A stretch of DNA of 64,000 nt from a virus (Duplodnaviria > Caudoviricetes). The stretch covers positions 96,001 to 160,000 of the IMG/VR virus record IMGVR_UViG_3300024331_000007. One strand, given 5' to 3'. The notes below the pieces were generated by a model, which searched no databases, was not told the DNA's origin, and worked only from the letters and a program-made list of their open reading frames with translations. Both the position numbers and the translations under genes were made by a program. The stretch's first letter is position 1. The number at the start of each line of letters is the position of its first letter. Positions 38,146 to 47,202 of the stretch are shown here, one piece after another.

Positions 38146-38979
38146 CTAAATACGGATGTTGCCCCCGCTAATGTAAGTCGCGACATTGGATGGGCTTAGG
38201 TTTCCAGAACGAGAAGGATCAATGGAATCCAGAACGAAACGAATTTGGGCAAAGCTGCCCGAAACAGATTGAAACACCAAACCAGCGGCATTTGCATAAA
38301 AAGTTGACGATACATTCGCCCAATCGGTGGGCAATGGAATTGAAACCATTGTTCCCTGAGCGACGATGTTTCCAGTATAGAGAACCAAATTTGCGCAAAG
38401 AGTTGCCAGAGTGCTGTTCATTGGTCTGTTTGTTAGATCGATTGGATTGCTAGTAACGCCCACATCAACAACATCCAAAAATGTTACTGGTGTTGGATCG
38501 GGATATGCAAGAACTGGACCTTTTGCCAGCGTTGTTGTTAAACGAGAACCAAAGTTGTCATTGATGTAAATTGGATAAATGTTAAGATTTGCGTCAGTTC
38601 CAGTCAGCGCAATTTCATACATACCAAAATCCAACGGTGCTAGTTCGCTGGGCGTAAACACGATTTCAACTACTCCATTCGTCGAGTCAATAGATGTGGC
38701 GTTTGCAGTAATCAGTTCATTCTGGGTGTTTGGCTCGAACAAGCCGCACTGAATTGCAACATTACTGTTGGCAAGATTGATGCGCTTCTGGTCTGAATTT
38801 AGACACTGAATCTTGATCGGATTGTTGACACCTGAATAGAGAACTAGCGGAGTACTATACACGGTTCGGACCTCATTATAGCCTACGACTCCAATACCAC
38901 TTGTTGCATCGGAGATGCCGACAATGTAGGCTAATATCTTGGTTTGACGGCCTTCAAAATAGGCTTTTACGGTCTGCAT
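38146..38979 (-). CDS. late, probably structural beta-rich protein
   Basis: CTAAATA 6 nt upstream; YSTPLVLYSGVNNPIKIQCLNSDQKRINL. Confidence 0.6.
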   Translation of the reverse strand: MQTVKAYFEGRQTKILAYIVGISDATSGIGVVGYNEVRTVYSTPLVLYSGVNNPIKIQCLNSDQKRINLANSNVAIQCGLFEPNTQNELITANATSIDSTNGVVEIVFTPSELAPLDFGMYEIALTGTDANLNIYPIYINDNFGSRLTTTLAKGPVLAYPDPTPVTFLDVVDVGVTSNPIDLTNRPMNSTLATLCANLVLYTGNIVAQGTMVSIPLPTDWANVSSTFYANAAGLVFQSVSGSFAQIRFVLDSIDPSRSGNLSPSNVATYISGGNIRI

Positions 38980-38984
38980 ACCTA

Positions 38985-39003
38985 TATTTAGCTTTTATAA
39001 ATA
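38985..39003. promoter_or_regulatory. back-to-back divergent late boxes
   Basis: CTAAATA on minus (38985-38991) and TATAAATA on plus (38996-39003). Confidence 0.7.
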
Positions 39004-39036
39004 CTTTCGGCAATCAAAACATTCTAAAGGGAAAAC

Positions 39037-39417
39037 ATGACAAGCAAGCTCTATCAAACACTTTCGGAAAAATTTCCATTCATTTCAGTCATACTTTACG
39101 GGGATTCTCAGGACGAGTATGTTGGTATCATCCAAAACGCGGACAATATCATTACCAGCATCTACGATTTCGGTCTTTTGAAGTCCGACGAAGAAAAACA
39201 CCTGTTCCTCGAATTGGGCGAAAAATGGTACTACGAGTCCAATCGTCAATTGCCCATCAACATCTATTTGAAGGATGAATGGCAGTCTTTTGACAAGGTT
39301 TTCAAGACTTTTATCACAAAGGAACTTCAAGTAATTCACGGACCATCCACAAGCCTATCGGCGCTCTCTCAGAAGAAAAAACGCCGGTCGATTATGGTTG
39401 TGAAGAAGTTGAGCTAA
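39037..39417 (+). CDS. late conserved hypothetical protein
   Basis: EYVGIIQN...LELGEKWYYESNRQLPINIYLK. Confidence 0.7.
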   Translation: MTSKLYQTLSEKFPFISVILYGDSQDEYVGIIQNADNIITSIYDFGLLKSDEEKHLFLELGEKWYYESNRQLPINIYLKDEWQSFDKVFKTFITKELQVIHGPSTSLSALSQKKKRRSIMVVKKLS

Positions 39418-40991
39418 TTTTCGTACATTGACGAGCTACGAGTTTCATGTCGAGTTTTTCGGCCTAGATGATTGTTTTTTTGAATGTAAACCAACTTGTT
39501 CAGAAGATCGGGATGCGTTCTCATCAAAATTTTCTTCTGTTTTCGCAATCTGGAATCCATTCTCAGAGGCTTATCATATGCAAACTGCCACGTTGAAAAA
39601 TTCCTGATTGGATAGTAACCATCATCCACAATTGTACCAACGAAGTTCATCTTTTCAGAAAATTTCTTGTTCGGTTGAGAAAGGCGGATAATATTCATTG
39701 TCTCAATCGCCTGATTAAATGCCGGGGCTTCGTTTTGTAAAATGTTTCTTGTGAATCGATGCTTGTCATTATGTGCTGATCCGCTAACCACATTGGTTCG
39801 CTCGGCCATCTTTTCCATTTTGTTTAGATTCGTTTTGTTTGCTGGAAGGATGACAACAGAATACGAATCAACTCGTTCATTATTTTTACCAGTTCTCGCG
39901 CTAAGCTGTCTGTTATACTGTTCGGCTGTTATTCTTCCAGCAGCCAATTCAAATACTTCAGGCAAAGCGTATACTTTTACGAAATGTCCCCTTTTATCAT
40001 AGTGGGCCACGCGCAGAAATGCCTGAGCCATGCTATTGTAGCACGAAGTTTCTGAACGATAATCATGCCAAAAATAAAGCAGGTTGTGAAACCCAACCTC
40101 AGTTGAACGACTACATGTTCTATCAATTACAAGCAACGTCAATACGCCAACCTTTGCATCTGGCGCGTCATCTTCCCACTCGTATGCTGTGGTTTTGTCG
40201 ATAAATTTGCATCGTATTCCAAGATTGTGTAATTCTTGAATCACAGCATGGTTGTTTTTGAGTTTAATACGATCTTGACTTCCGCCAATGTCTCGTAGAA
40301 CTGAAATAATTTTTCCAGTTTTCTTTCCGTTTCGAACCCAATCTTTGCAAATGTCAAGACCATGCGGAGTTAATCCATCATTGTCATAAAACTGTTCAGG
40401 CGCAGTTACAAGTTTTTTGTCTAGGAACCATTCTGCTCCGCGATATGATGATGGCGGTAAGAATGGTCGAGGAGCGGGGAAATTTTTGGAGAACTCTCTA
40501 CAATAAATTAGTTCTTCATTTGTGGCTGAATAATATCTGAATCGAACCAATTCGCCTAGTTTTTCTGTCTTCCGATAAAATGTTCCCAGACATTGTTTCT
40601 TGGCAGTTCCGTAATCGCTTTCGTCAATATGCACGTAGCAAAGAATGCCAGATGAAACTTTAGCCTTAATTTTTGCAACCTGAATCGAAATTTTGTCCAT
40701 CGAAGACACGATCAATGGTGTGATTCCATAGCTTTCCATTTCTTCAATTTGCTTCTTAGTATCTTTGCGCTGGAGAGCAGTTACATAAAAATGATGACAT
40801 TTGGCAAAATTTCTAGGTCTTGCCTTCGTAAACAACGATGCAATTTCAACCATGATTCTTTTGCCCGATTTGACTGGAGCTAGGATAGCCTCGTGTCTAT
40901 TGGCCGTCGCTATATATTTTGTCGTGTGGTCGTACAATTCAAAACGATTTGTTTTAAAATACAAAAGATCATGAAGATTTTGAGAACTCAT
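39414..40991 (-). CDS. divergent SF2 helicase-like protein
   Basis: APVKSGKR (I), HIDESDYG (II), YSAT (III), AQAFLRV (VI-like). Confidence 0.55.
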   Translation of the reverse strand: MSSQNLHDLLYFKTNRFELYDHTTKYIATANRHEAILAPVKSGKRIMVEIASLFTKARPRNFAKCHHFYVTALQRKDTKKQIEEMESYGITPLIVSSMDKISIQVAKIKAKVSSGILCYVHIDESDYGTAKKQCLGTFYRKTEKLGELVRFRYYSATNEELIYCREFSKNFPAPRPFLPPSSYRGAEWFLDKKLVTAPEQFYDNDGLTPHGLDICKDWVRNGKKTGKIISVLRDIGGSQDRIKLKNNHAVIQELHNLGIRCKFIDKTTAYEWEDDAPDAKVGVLTLLVIDRTCSRSTEVGFHNLLYFWHDYRSETSCYNSMAQAFLRVAHYDKRGHFVKVYALPEVFELAAGRITAEQYNRQLSARTGKNNERVDSYSVVILPANKTNLNKMEKMAERTNVVSGSAHNDKHRFTRNILQNEAPAFNQAIETMNIIRLSQPNKKFSEKMNFVGTIVDDGYYPIRNFSTWQFAYDKPLRMDSRLRKQKKILMRTHPDLLNKLVYIQKNNHLGRKTRHETRSSSMYEN

Positions 40992-41043
40992 CGAATATCT
41001 TTCCTTTCATGTATGGCAATTTTAAGTATACACCCAATCACAA

Positions 41044-41583
41044 CTATTGTATATCAAAATTTTGGTTTAGGCCATCAATCTCTTGATCAATTTGATTTAT
41101 CTCTTCAATGGCCTTTTTCACGGCTCCGCTTAAATCTGTATCCACAAAGTCACGAATGATCGTCATGATTTCATCTACGGCATCGGGAGGATTCCAAACT
41201 TTCAAAACAACATTGTCATCTTCGCCATTACCATCTGGAACATCCAAACGCGGAAGGTTCGGCAACACCGCTAGAATTTGCCAAATCTTGTCTTCCACTT
41301 CTTTGAGAGCCTGTTTTTGAATTGGAACCTCGACCTTAATTATAGCCGCCTCATTCAAAAATGGTTCAATTGGTTGCTTGGCTCTCTTTGCCATCGCAAT
41401 GTCTTCGCTGATGACATTCAGGCGAGCAAGATTGATTTCCAGAGCAGCAATCAAAATCTTTCGATGCGCATTCAAATCCAACACTTCGTCAATCTTGTCT
41501 TCAGGCTTCGTTTTGTCATGGCGCAATGCAAGTCTGCGCTTGTACTCTTCGGGATTCGCTTCGATTTCTTTTATATCATGCAT
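41044..41583 (-). CDS. stand-alone seryl-tRNA synthetase N-terminal arm with no catalytic domain
   Basis: MHDIKEIEANPE..., coiled coil, LPNLPRLDVPDGNGEDDNVVLKVWNPP, then an unrelated helix. Confidence 0.8.
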   Translation of the reverse strand: MHDIKEIEANPEEYKRRLALRHDKTKPEDKIDEVLDLNAHRKILIAALEINLARLNVISEDIAMAKRAKQPIEPFLNEAAIIKVEVPIQKQALKEVEDKIWQILAVLPNLPRLDVPDGNGEDDNVVLKVWNPPDAVDEIMTIIRDFVDTDLSGAVKKAIEEINQIDQEIDGLNQNFDIQ

Positions 41584-42070
41584 ATTGCACCAACTTTACT
41601 AGCATTTTTACAGAATCAGTTGGACATTCAATGTGATCCAGTGCATGAATGTCACCTTGTACCGCTGCCATTTGCACTTCTTCACATGGCCTCTTGATGT
41701 ATTTGATAATTGTTGGTTGTTCTGTCACTGCCGCTATTTGCGCTTCAACACAAGCATATGGCATGTACGCAATTGCATACGGAGCACAACTGACAGCAAA
41801 AAGTTGCATTTCTTTTCCAACGGGTGTCATATATTCCAGAACTGACAAATCGCGATCAATCGCATATCGCTGAACATCTTTGTGTGGACTTTTGATGAAT
41901 CGAATGTTTCGCTGATTCTTTTTTACCGCCGCCATTTGAACGGGCAACTTTGGATTTCGAATCAGCTTCAAACGAAACGGTTGTTCGAGCACAGCCGCAA
42001 TCTGTTCCTCGACTGTTTCCATGCGAGGAACTTTTTCATACGTTTCTGTGCTGAACAATTTTCTTGCCAT
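41576..42070 (-). CDS. helical-repeat protein (DUF4116-like)
   Basis: ~22-aa repeats QxAAV......I.YIK.P. Confidence 0.7.
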   Translation of the reverse strand: MARKLFSTETYEKVPRMETVEEQIAAVLEQPFRLKLIRNPKLPVQMAAVKKNQRNIRFIKSPHKDVQRYAIDRDLSVLEYMTPVGKEMQLFAVSCAPYAIAYMPYACVEAQIAAVTEQPTIIKYIKRPCEEVQMAAVQGDIHALDHIECPTDSVKMLVKLVQYA

Positions 42071-42527
42071 TACGACCACTCCATTAAAAATAAAACATAT
42101 GCTGCTTTACTTTTAAACTTGATAAACGTGTATCCCTCGCCGATAACGTCAGATCGAATCAGAGTTGCATTATATCTGTCTTTGTATCTCTGATTAATCT
42201 CTTTCCAAGACAATCTCGCCGAATCCCCGTTGACAACAGCTACCCATGCTTTAGTATGAGCGGCATATATGTCTTCGATTTTAACAGTTACACTCACAAC
42301 CACTCCAACAGAAAAAGCATGTATTCCGATTCTGATTTGAAAACAACCTCTCGGTATCCACTTTTATCAGCTATCAATGTTACGTTGTATCTCTGATTAA
42401 AAAAATTTTCAATGCCTTCGCTGATAATATCTGGACATGATGTTTGAAAATCTAAAACGGCAACATCCCATGCTTTGCCTAATGGCTTGTGTACTCCCCA
42501 ATCTGCTTTTACCGTGTAACTCATCAT
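42070..42527 (-). CDS. two more 'LEWS' family paralogs (42070-42297, 42294-42527)
   Basis: FKSKAAYVLFLMEWS / FKSESEYMLFLLEWL. Confidence 0.8.
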
Positions 42528-42534
42528 TGCCTAT

Positions 42535-42816
42535 CTATTCCGCTAGCTTAGCTAGCATTGCAATTTCGTCAGTTGGATTCTTGATATAGTGAATGGCTTT
42601 TCCATCTTGATTCACCGCTGAAGATTGTGCCTCTGGAGATGGAGTCTCAATGTATTGAATATAGAGAGGGTGTCCATCCAATGCCGCCAACTCTTCATCG
42701 ACTGACGGGCGTTTAATGTATCGAATTGTTGATGGTTCTTCGGCAATCGCAGCAAGGCGGCTTCGCTTTGTCATGCACATCAACGTCAAACGAATTACAT
42801 TCGGCATTATTTCCAT
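42535..42816 (-). CDS. helical-repeat protein (DUF4116-like), paralog
   Basis: IRYIKRPS..EELAA / AQSSAVNQDGKAIHYIKNP. Confidence 0.7.
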   Translation of the reverse strand: MEIMPNVIRLTLMCMTKRSRLAAIAEEPSTIRYIKRPSVDEELAALDGHPLYIQYIETPSPEAQSSAVNQDGKAIHYIKNPTDEIAMLAKLAE

Positions 42817-42824
42817 AGGAACTC

Positions 42825-43386
42825 CTAAACTGTTAGTAGGTGCATCATGATTTCATCTTGTTCTGCTTTTTCAATGTCTTCAACCTGCATCCAAAATGGG
42901 GTATAACCATCATGAACAGCGACCCAAACACCGCCATACTGATTTTCAATTTCATCGGGCGATTTGCCTTTATACTGTTCCAAACTTATGAAAGTGTCAT
43001 AGTTTGGATGTTTGCCAATACTTAAAATTTTCACGATGTATTTCTGCCCACCCCGAAACATTCTGACGTATTCGCCAACCTCGAAAGTCTCTTCCATTTG
43101 ACACTCGCTATCAGTTTCCATTTTCGTGAAGTTTTCCAATAACTCCATGATTTGACGCAATCTGCAATTTCAATTCTTTTGGGTCAAACTTTTTTCCATC
43201 TGTGATAGCAATAAGAATTGAATTTGTTTTGCGAAGATTTGTGACTAAAACATTTTGAAGATCGCGAGTCAAGGTAGCCTTTTCCCGATAAATTCTTTCA
43301 GTTTGGGCCATTAGTTCCGCTTTGATTTCCGCAAATCTCTCAGGAGATGCGGAGCGAATTTCTTCAAATGTATCTCTTATATCCAT
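42825..43386 (-). CDS. two hypothetical genes (42825-43160, 43111-43386)
   Basis: coupled ORFs; the first has an SH3-like FEVGEYVR motif. Confidence 0.55.
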
Positions 43387-43453
43387 ATCTTTTCCTTTCA
43401 AATGCTTCAAAACTTTGGGATGGCGATTTTCTAGCCATCCCAACACTTGCCAA

Positions 43454-44563
43454 TTATTCTCCGTATGCCAGCGGATTGCCCATCAGGGACATCTTCGCAA
43501 CATCGGACCACTCTTCATAATCCTCGTTGAAGGTCTTCACCAGTCCAGCCAGCTTGATAACTGTGCGGAGTGAAAGTTCGTTGAAGCCCTTGGCATTCTC
43601 GCGAAGGAACTCCATGATTTCCTTGCCAGCCTTCTTTGAAAGGTTGAACTGATCCAACATTCCATGATTCTTCACAAGGTCTTCGATGCGAAGCATCTTC
43701 TCACGGAAAGTATGCACAGTCAAATCAAGAAAATGCGCACGAGACATGAGAGCGGAGAGGTGACCACGAAGACGCTCACCGCGAACCTTGCGGAAGTTGA
43801 TGTTTGAAATGAAGATCACGCTTCCTTTAAACTCATAACTGTTAGGAATGTCTTCCTTCGTTAAGGTATGAGAAGCAACATTCCAATAAATCATACGTTT
43901 CGCTGAAGTGTCCAGCGCCGCCTTCAGGATGTTCAACGCGGTTTCGTCTGTAAAAACCATGTCGCAATCGTCCAGAACCAGAACGTCATTGTCGTTGCTA
44001 AACTCATGCAGCTTCATGTACAGACCAATCGGAGTCATGGCACCCGACACAATCTCGTAACGTTTAGGTGTATCTTCAAACTGATCAATCATGCCAGCTT
44101 CACCAAGAGTCTTTTCGACGCCGAAAGTCTTTCCAACTCCCGGTGCTCCAGTGACGAACAGAGCGCGAATATCTCCGCGACGTGCGCCGAGTGTGAGCTT
44201 GTTCAGAACTGAAAAACGCTTGTTTACGCGAACTACAATCTGCTCGTCGGTTTCGGTGGTTTCAACATCAGGAATCGAATCATCTTCCAGAAGAGAAACA
44301 GCGGCAGTTGTGGAAGATGCAGCGGCATTGCGACGAGCAATGGGAGACTTCTTAACGGGATTGAACTCGCCGTTAATCGTAAAATCCTTCTCAGAGCGAA
44401 CCTTGATGCGAGCCTTTGGACGGCCATACAACTTCATGCCGTCAACAGTTACGAAACCTTCGCCAGTCTTTGCGCCGACTTTGTAGCCTTCAAGAATGGT
44501 AAAGGTCTGATTCTTGATGTTCTGTCCGCGAGACTTGCCACGATTAATGGTTACTGTCGCCAT
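43454..44563 (-). CDS. AAA+/P-loop ATPase with N-terminal beta domain
   Basis: GAPGVGKT, VLDDCD, LKAALD, FISN, SRAHFLDL. Confidence 0.8.
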   Translation of the reverse strand: MATVTINRGKSRGQNIKNQTFTILEGYKVGAKTGEGFVTVDGMKLYGRPKARIKVRSEKDFTINGEFNPVKKSPIARRNAAASSTTAAVSLLEDDSIPDVETTETDEQIVVRVNKRFSVLNKLTLGARRGDIRALFVTGAPGVGKTFGVEKTLGEAGMIDQFEDTPKRYEIVSGAMTPIGLYMKLHEFSNDNDVLVLDDCDMVFTDETALNILKAALDTSAKRMIYWNVASHTLTKEDIPNSYEFKGSVIFISNINFRKVRGERLRGHLSALMSRAHFLDLTVHTFREKMLRIEDLVKNHGMLDQFNLSKKAGKEIMEFLRENAKGFNELSLRTVIKLAGLVKTFNEDYEEWSDVAKMSLMGNPLAYGE

Positions 44564-44678
44564 TGGTCGTTTTCCCTTTCGATACTGTGTGATTTTGACT
44601 TCGTTTCGGGAGCTTGTTTGCCTCTCCCCATCAACATGTATAGAATATCAAAGTTGATGGCAAAAGTCAACCAAATTT

Positions 44679-44885
44679 TCAGTTAGTTGTGGAAATTTTC
44701 GGATTTTCCATCTTCCAAAGCGAAGAAAGTAGAGGACTTACTGGCGTAATAGCCGGGTCATCGATAAAGCCAAAGATCGTTGAATTGTACGTTTTGACCG
44801 TGATTTGTTTGCGACGGCGAATATCAATAACCATTCCCCGTTTTCCCCACGGTTGAACGTCAACCACGCTGCCAACTGTAATCAT
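44679..44885 (-). CDS. small SH3-like hypothetical protein
   Basis: AAAGGA SD; ITVGSVVDVQPWGKRG. Confidence 0.6.
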   Translation of the reverse strand: MITVGSVVDVQPWGKRGMVIDIRRRKQITVKTYNSTIFGFIDDPAITPVSPLLSSLWKMENPKISTTN

Positions 44886-44975
44886 CGCATTCCTTTCGAC
44901 TACCTACATAGGATAGCAAAGTTAAGGCTAAAAGTCAACCAAATTTTTAGATTTTAACCCCTCAAAATGAATGGT

Positions 44976-45155
44976 TTAGCCAACTCTATACTGCCCGAAA
45001 TGATAATGAAGATCGGAAATTGCGACCTCTTCAGCCTCGGTCATAAACTCAGCATCGGCAACCCGTTCTACCAGTGCATTAAAATCCTCAAACATATCGT
45101 CTGGGATCATATAGATACGGCCATCGTCGTCCATCACTCGGATTTGCTTTTCCAT
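44976..45155 (-). CDS. acidic small protein (59 aa, not in ORF track)
   Basis: AAGGAG SD; MEKQIRVMDDDGRIYMIPDD...; has its own promoter. Confidence 0.65.
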   Translation of the reverse strand: MEKQIRVMDDDGRIYMIPDDMFEDFNALVERVADAEFMTEAEEVAISDLHYHFGQYRVG

Positions 45156-45207
45156 CGAATCTCCTTGCCAATGTATTTATAATAGCAAACTTTGGTGGAA
45201 AGGTCAA

Positions 45208-45235
45208 ATGAAAAGCCCGAATCATCTTCGGGCTT
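45208..45235 (-). terminator. intrinsic terminator
   Basis: AAGCCCGA-7nt-TCGGGCTT followed by TTCATTT. Confidence 0.7.
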
Positions 45236-45721
45236 CTCATTAAATCAAATTGGTGTTTTCTCATAAATTCAAAGTTAAGTTAAACTGAGGCTTACATATG
45301 GATACCCTCTCTCGGTTAACTGCGTTCAGGCTATGGCCTCTTTGCTACGTTCTAAAACCTTATGTAATGACTATAGCAAACCTCGATCAGAATGTCAACC
45401 AAAAAGTTTAGCCTTCCAAATAAGCAAACACCGAAAGGCAAAGAATGAAAAGCACAACCGCAATTGGAATACTGAAGTACATTGAAATTTCAACCATTGG
45501 CGGAATGAGCAAACCCAATCCAACAGATACGATAGCAAACATCAGATAGTTGAATAAATTGGATTCTCTCGGCATCGGTTCCTTTCAATTCTAGGCCAGT
45601 ATACCAAACTTTTATTCCTTTGTCAAGGCAAGGATGCCGAAAACCCCTTAAATCGCCAAAAACGTCAAAAACAGCTTTTTTGCGCTAATAGAATCAACAA
45701 CTTACAGACGCACTTTTTGGG

Positions 45722-46813
45722 TTAAAGGTCCAACATGTGATCTAATGCCACATGCGCCCAATACTTCACCACGTCGCGAACCTTGATTTGATTTACAACA
45801 TTTCCAGAGACAAGATTCTCAAGTGCCCATGCCAAATGTTGTGGAGTGATTCGATACATTGTTGTGCAGAGGCAACCTTGCTCAGTCAGATTGAAAATCG
45901 TCTTTCCAAGTGGAGCGTACTTTTTCGCAAGACGATTCACAAGATGAATTTCGGTTCCGATTGCAAACTCTGTTCCAACAGGAGCAGCATCAACAATCTT
46001 GATGAGGCTTTCTGTCGAACCAACGGCATCTGCTTTCTGGCAAACTTCCCATTTGCATTCTGGATGAACAATCACTTTGATGTTTGGATGAGCAGCACGA
46101 ACATCATCAACGTGACTCGCAAGGAATCTCTGGTGAACGGCACAATGTCCTTTCCACAAAAGAATTTTACTGTGGTCATAATCAGCTTTACTCAAACTAC
46201 CCTGTAGCGCCCACGGATCATACACAGACATTTCATTCAAGGGAATGCCCATATTGTATCCAGTATTACGTCCAAGATGCTGATCTGGCAGAAATAAAAT
46301 TCGCTTTGCTTGCTTGAATGCCCACTCGAAAGCACGTTGCGCATTCGAAGAAGTACAAACCAACCCTCCGTGCTCACCCACAAATGCTTTGATAGCAGCC
46401 GTCGAGTTCATATATGTAATCGGAAGTGTTTCATCTGCCAGATGAAGCTTTTCCAATGTTTCCCAACACGCTTCAACTTGAGAAATTTCTGCCATATCAG
46501 CCATCGAACATCCAGCGTTTAAATCTGGAAGAATAACAATTTGGTCATGGCCCAAAATATCTGCGCTCTCAGCCATAAAATGAACGCCACAATAAACAAT
46601 GTACTTCGCATTTGTTTTCGCGCCATCTTTGGCGAGTTTAAAACTGTCACCTGTGAAGTCCGCAAACTTGATTACTTCGTCGCGCTGATAATGATGCCCC
46701 AAAATGACAACAGAATTACCCAGCGTCTTTCGAGCCGCAGCGATTCTATCGTCCATTGTATTATCGGGGTATTGCAGGTAATTTTCCAGTGTGCAAACTT
46801 GACCAGTTGCCAT
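45722..46813 (-). CDS. nadA: quinolinate synthase A
   Basis: ILGHHYQR, CGVHFMAE, AGCSMA, TYMNS, PDQHLG, WKGHCAVH, VHPEC, GTEIH, CTTM. Confidence 0.96.
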   Translation of the reverse strand: MATGQVCTLENYLQYPDNTMDDRIAAARKTLGNSVVILGHHYQRDEVIKFADFTGDSFKLAKDGAKTNAKYIVYCGVHFMAESADILGHDQIVILPDLNAGCSMADMAEISQVEACWETLEKLHLADETLPITYMNSTAAIKAFVGEHGGLVCTSSNAQRAFEWAFKQAKRILFLPDQHLGRNTGYNMGIPLNEMSVYDPWALQGSLSKADYDHSKILLWKGHCAVHQRFLASHVDDVRAAHPNIKVIVHPECKWEVCQKADAVGSTESLIKIVDAAPVGTEFAIGTEIHLVNRLAKKYAPLGKTIFNLTEQGCLCTTMYRITPQHLAWALENLVSGNVVNQIKVRDVVKYWAHVALDHMLDL

Positions 46814-46832
46814 GTCTCAACCTCTCATTCAC

Positions 46833-46861
46833 AGTATATCAAAAATGACTGAAATGGTCAA
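46833..46861 (-). promoter_or_regulatory. sigma70-type promoter of nadA
   Basis: TTGACC-17-TATACT. Confidence 0.7.
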
Positions 46862-47202
46862 TTCTGGCGTATCTCTACTTCTTTCAAGTCTTTGAGTTGA
46901 TCGTAAACTTCTGGAGCTACGTTGATACAACCCATTGTTACACCCTGTCTCTTTTTTGGGTCATCGCTTGCAAGCCTTTCGGCACGGTGTTGTGTGGGAT
47001 TACGCAACCACACACGATGAATTGCAAATGCATAGTTTTCTGTTTCTTTGAAAACCAACACGTCGCCGCCATATCCCAATTGTTTGGTCAACATATGGCG
47101 TACCTCAAAAACACCTGTCGGCGTTTTGCTTCCTACCAAAGCGTGATGGCAATGGCCTTGGAAGCAGATTAACGCCGACGAGAGAATTACAAGAGCAGTC
47201 AT
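46858..47202 (-). CDS. L,D-transpeptidase catalytic (YkuD-like) domain protein
   Basis: VG..TPTGVF, AIHRVW, VTMGCINV (His...Cys). Confidence 0.75.
   Translation of the reverse strand: MTALVILSSALICFQGHCHHALVGSKTPTGVFEVRHMLTKQLGYGGDVLVFKETENYAFAIHRVWLRNPTQHRAERLASDDPKKRQGVTMGCINVAPEVYDQLKDLKEVEIRQN

Larger units (their letters stand above)
44642..45626 (-). promoter_or_regulatory. cluster of five strong sigma70-type promoters (44642-44670, 44910-44938, 45179-45207, 45370-45398, 45598-45626)
   Basis: each is TTGAC(A/T/C), a 17-nt spacer ending TTTG(A/C/G), then TAT(A/T/C)(C/G/A)T. Confidence 0.8.
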
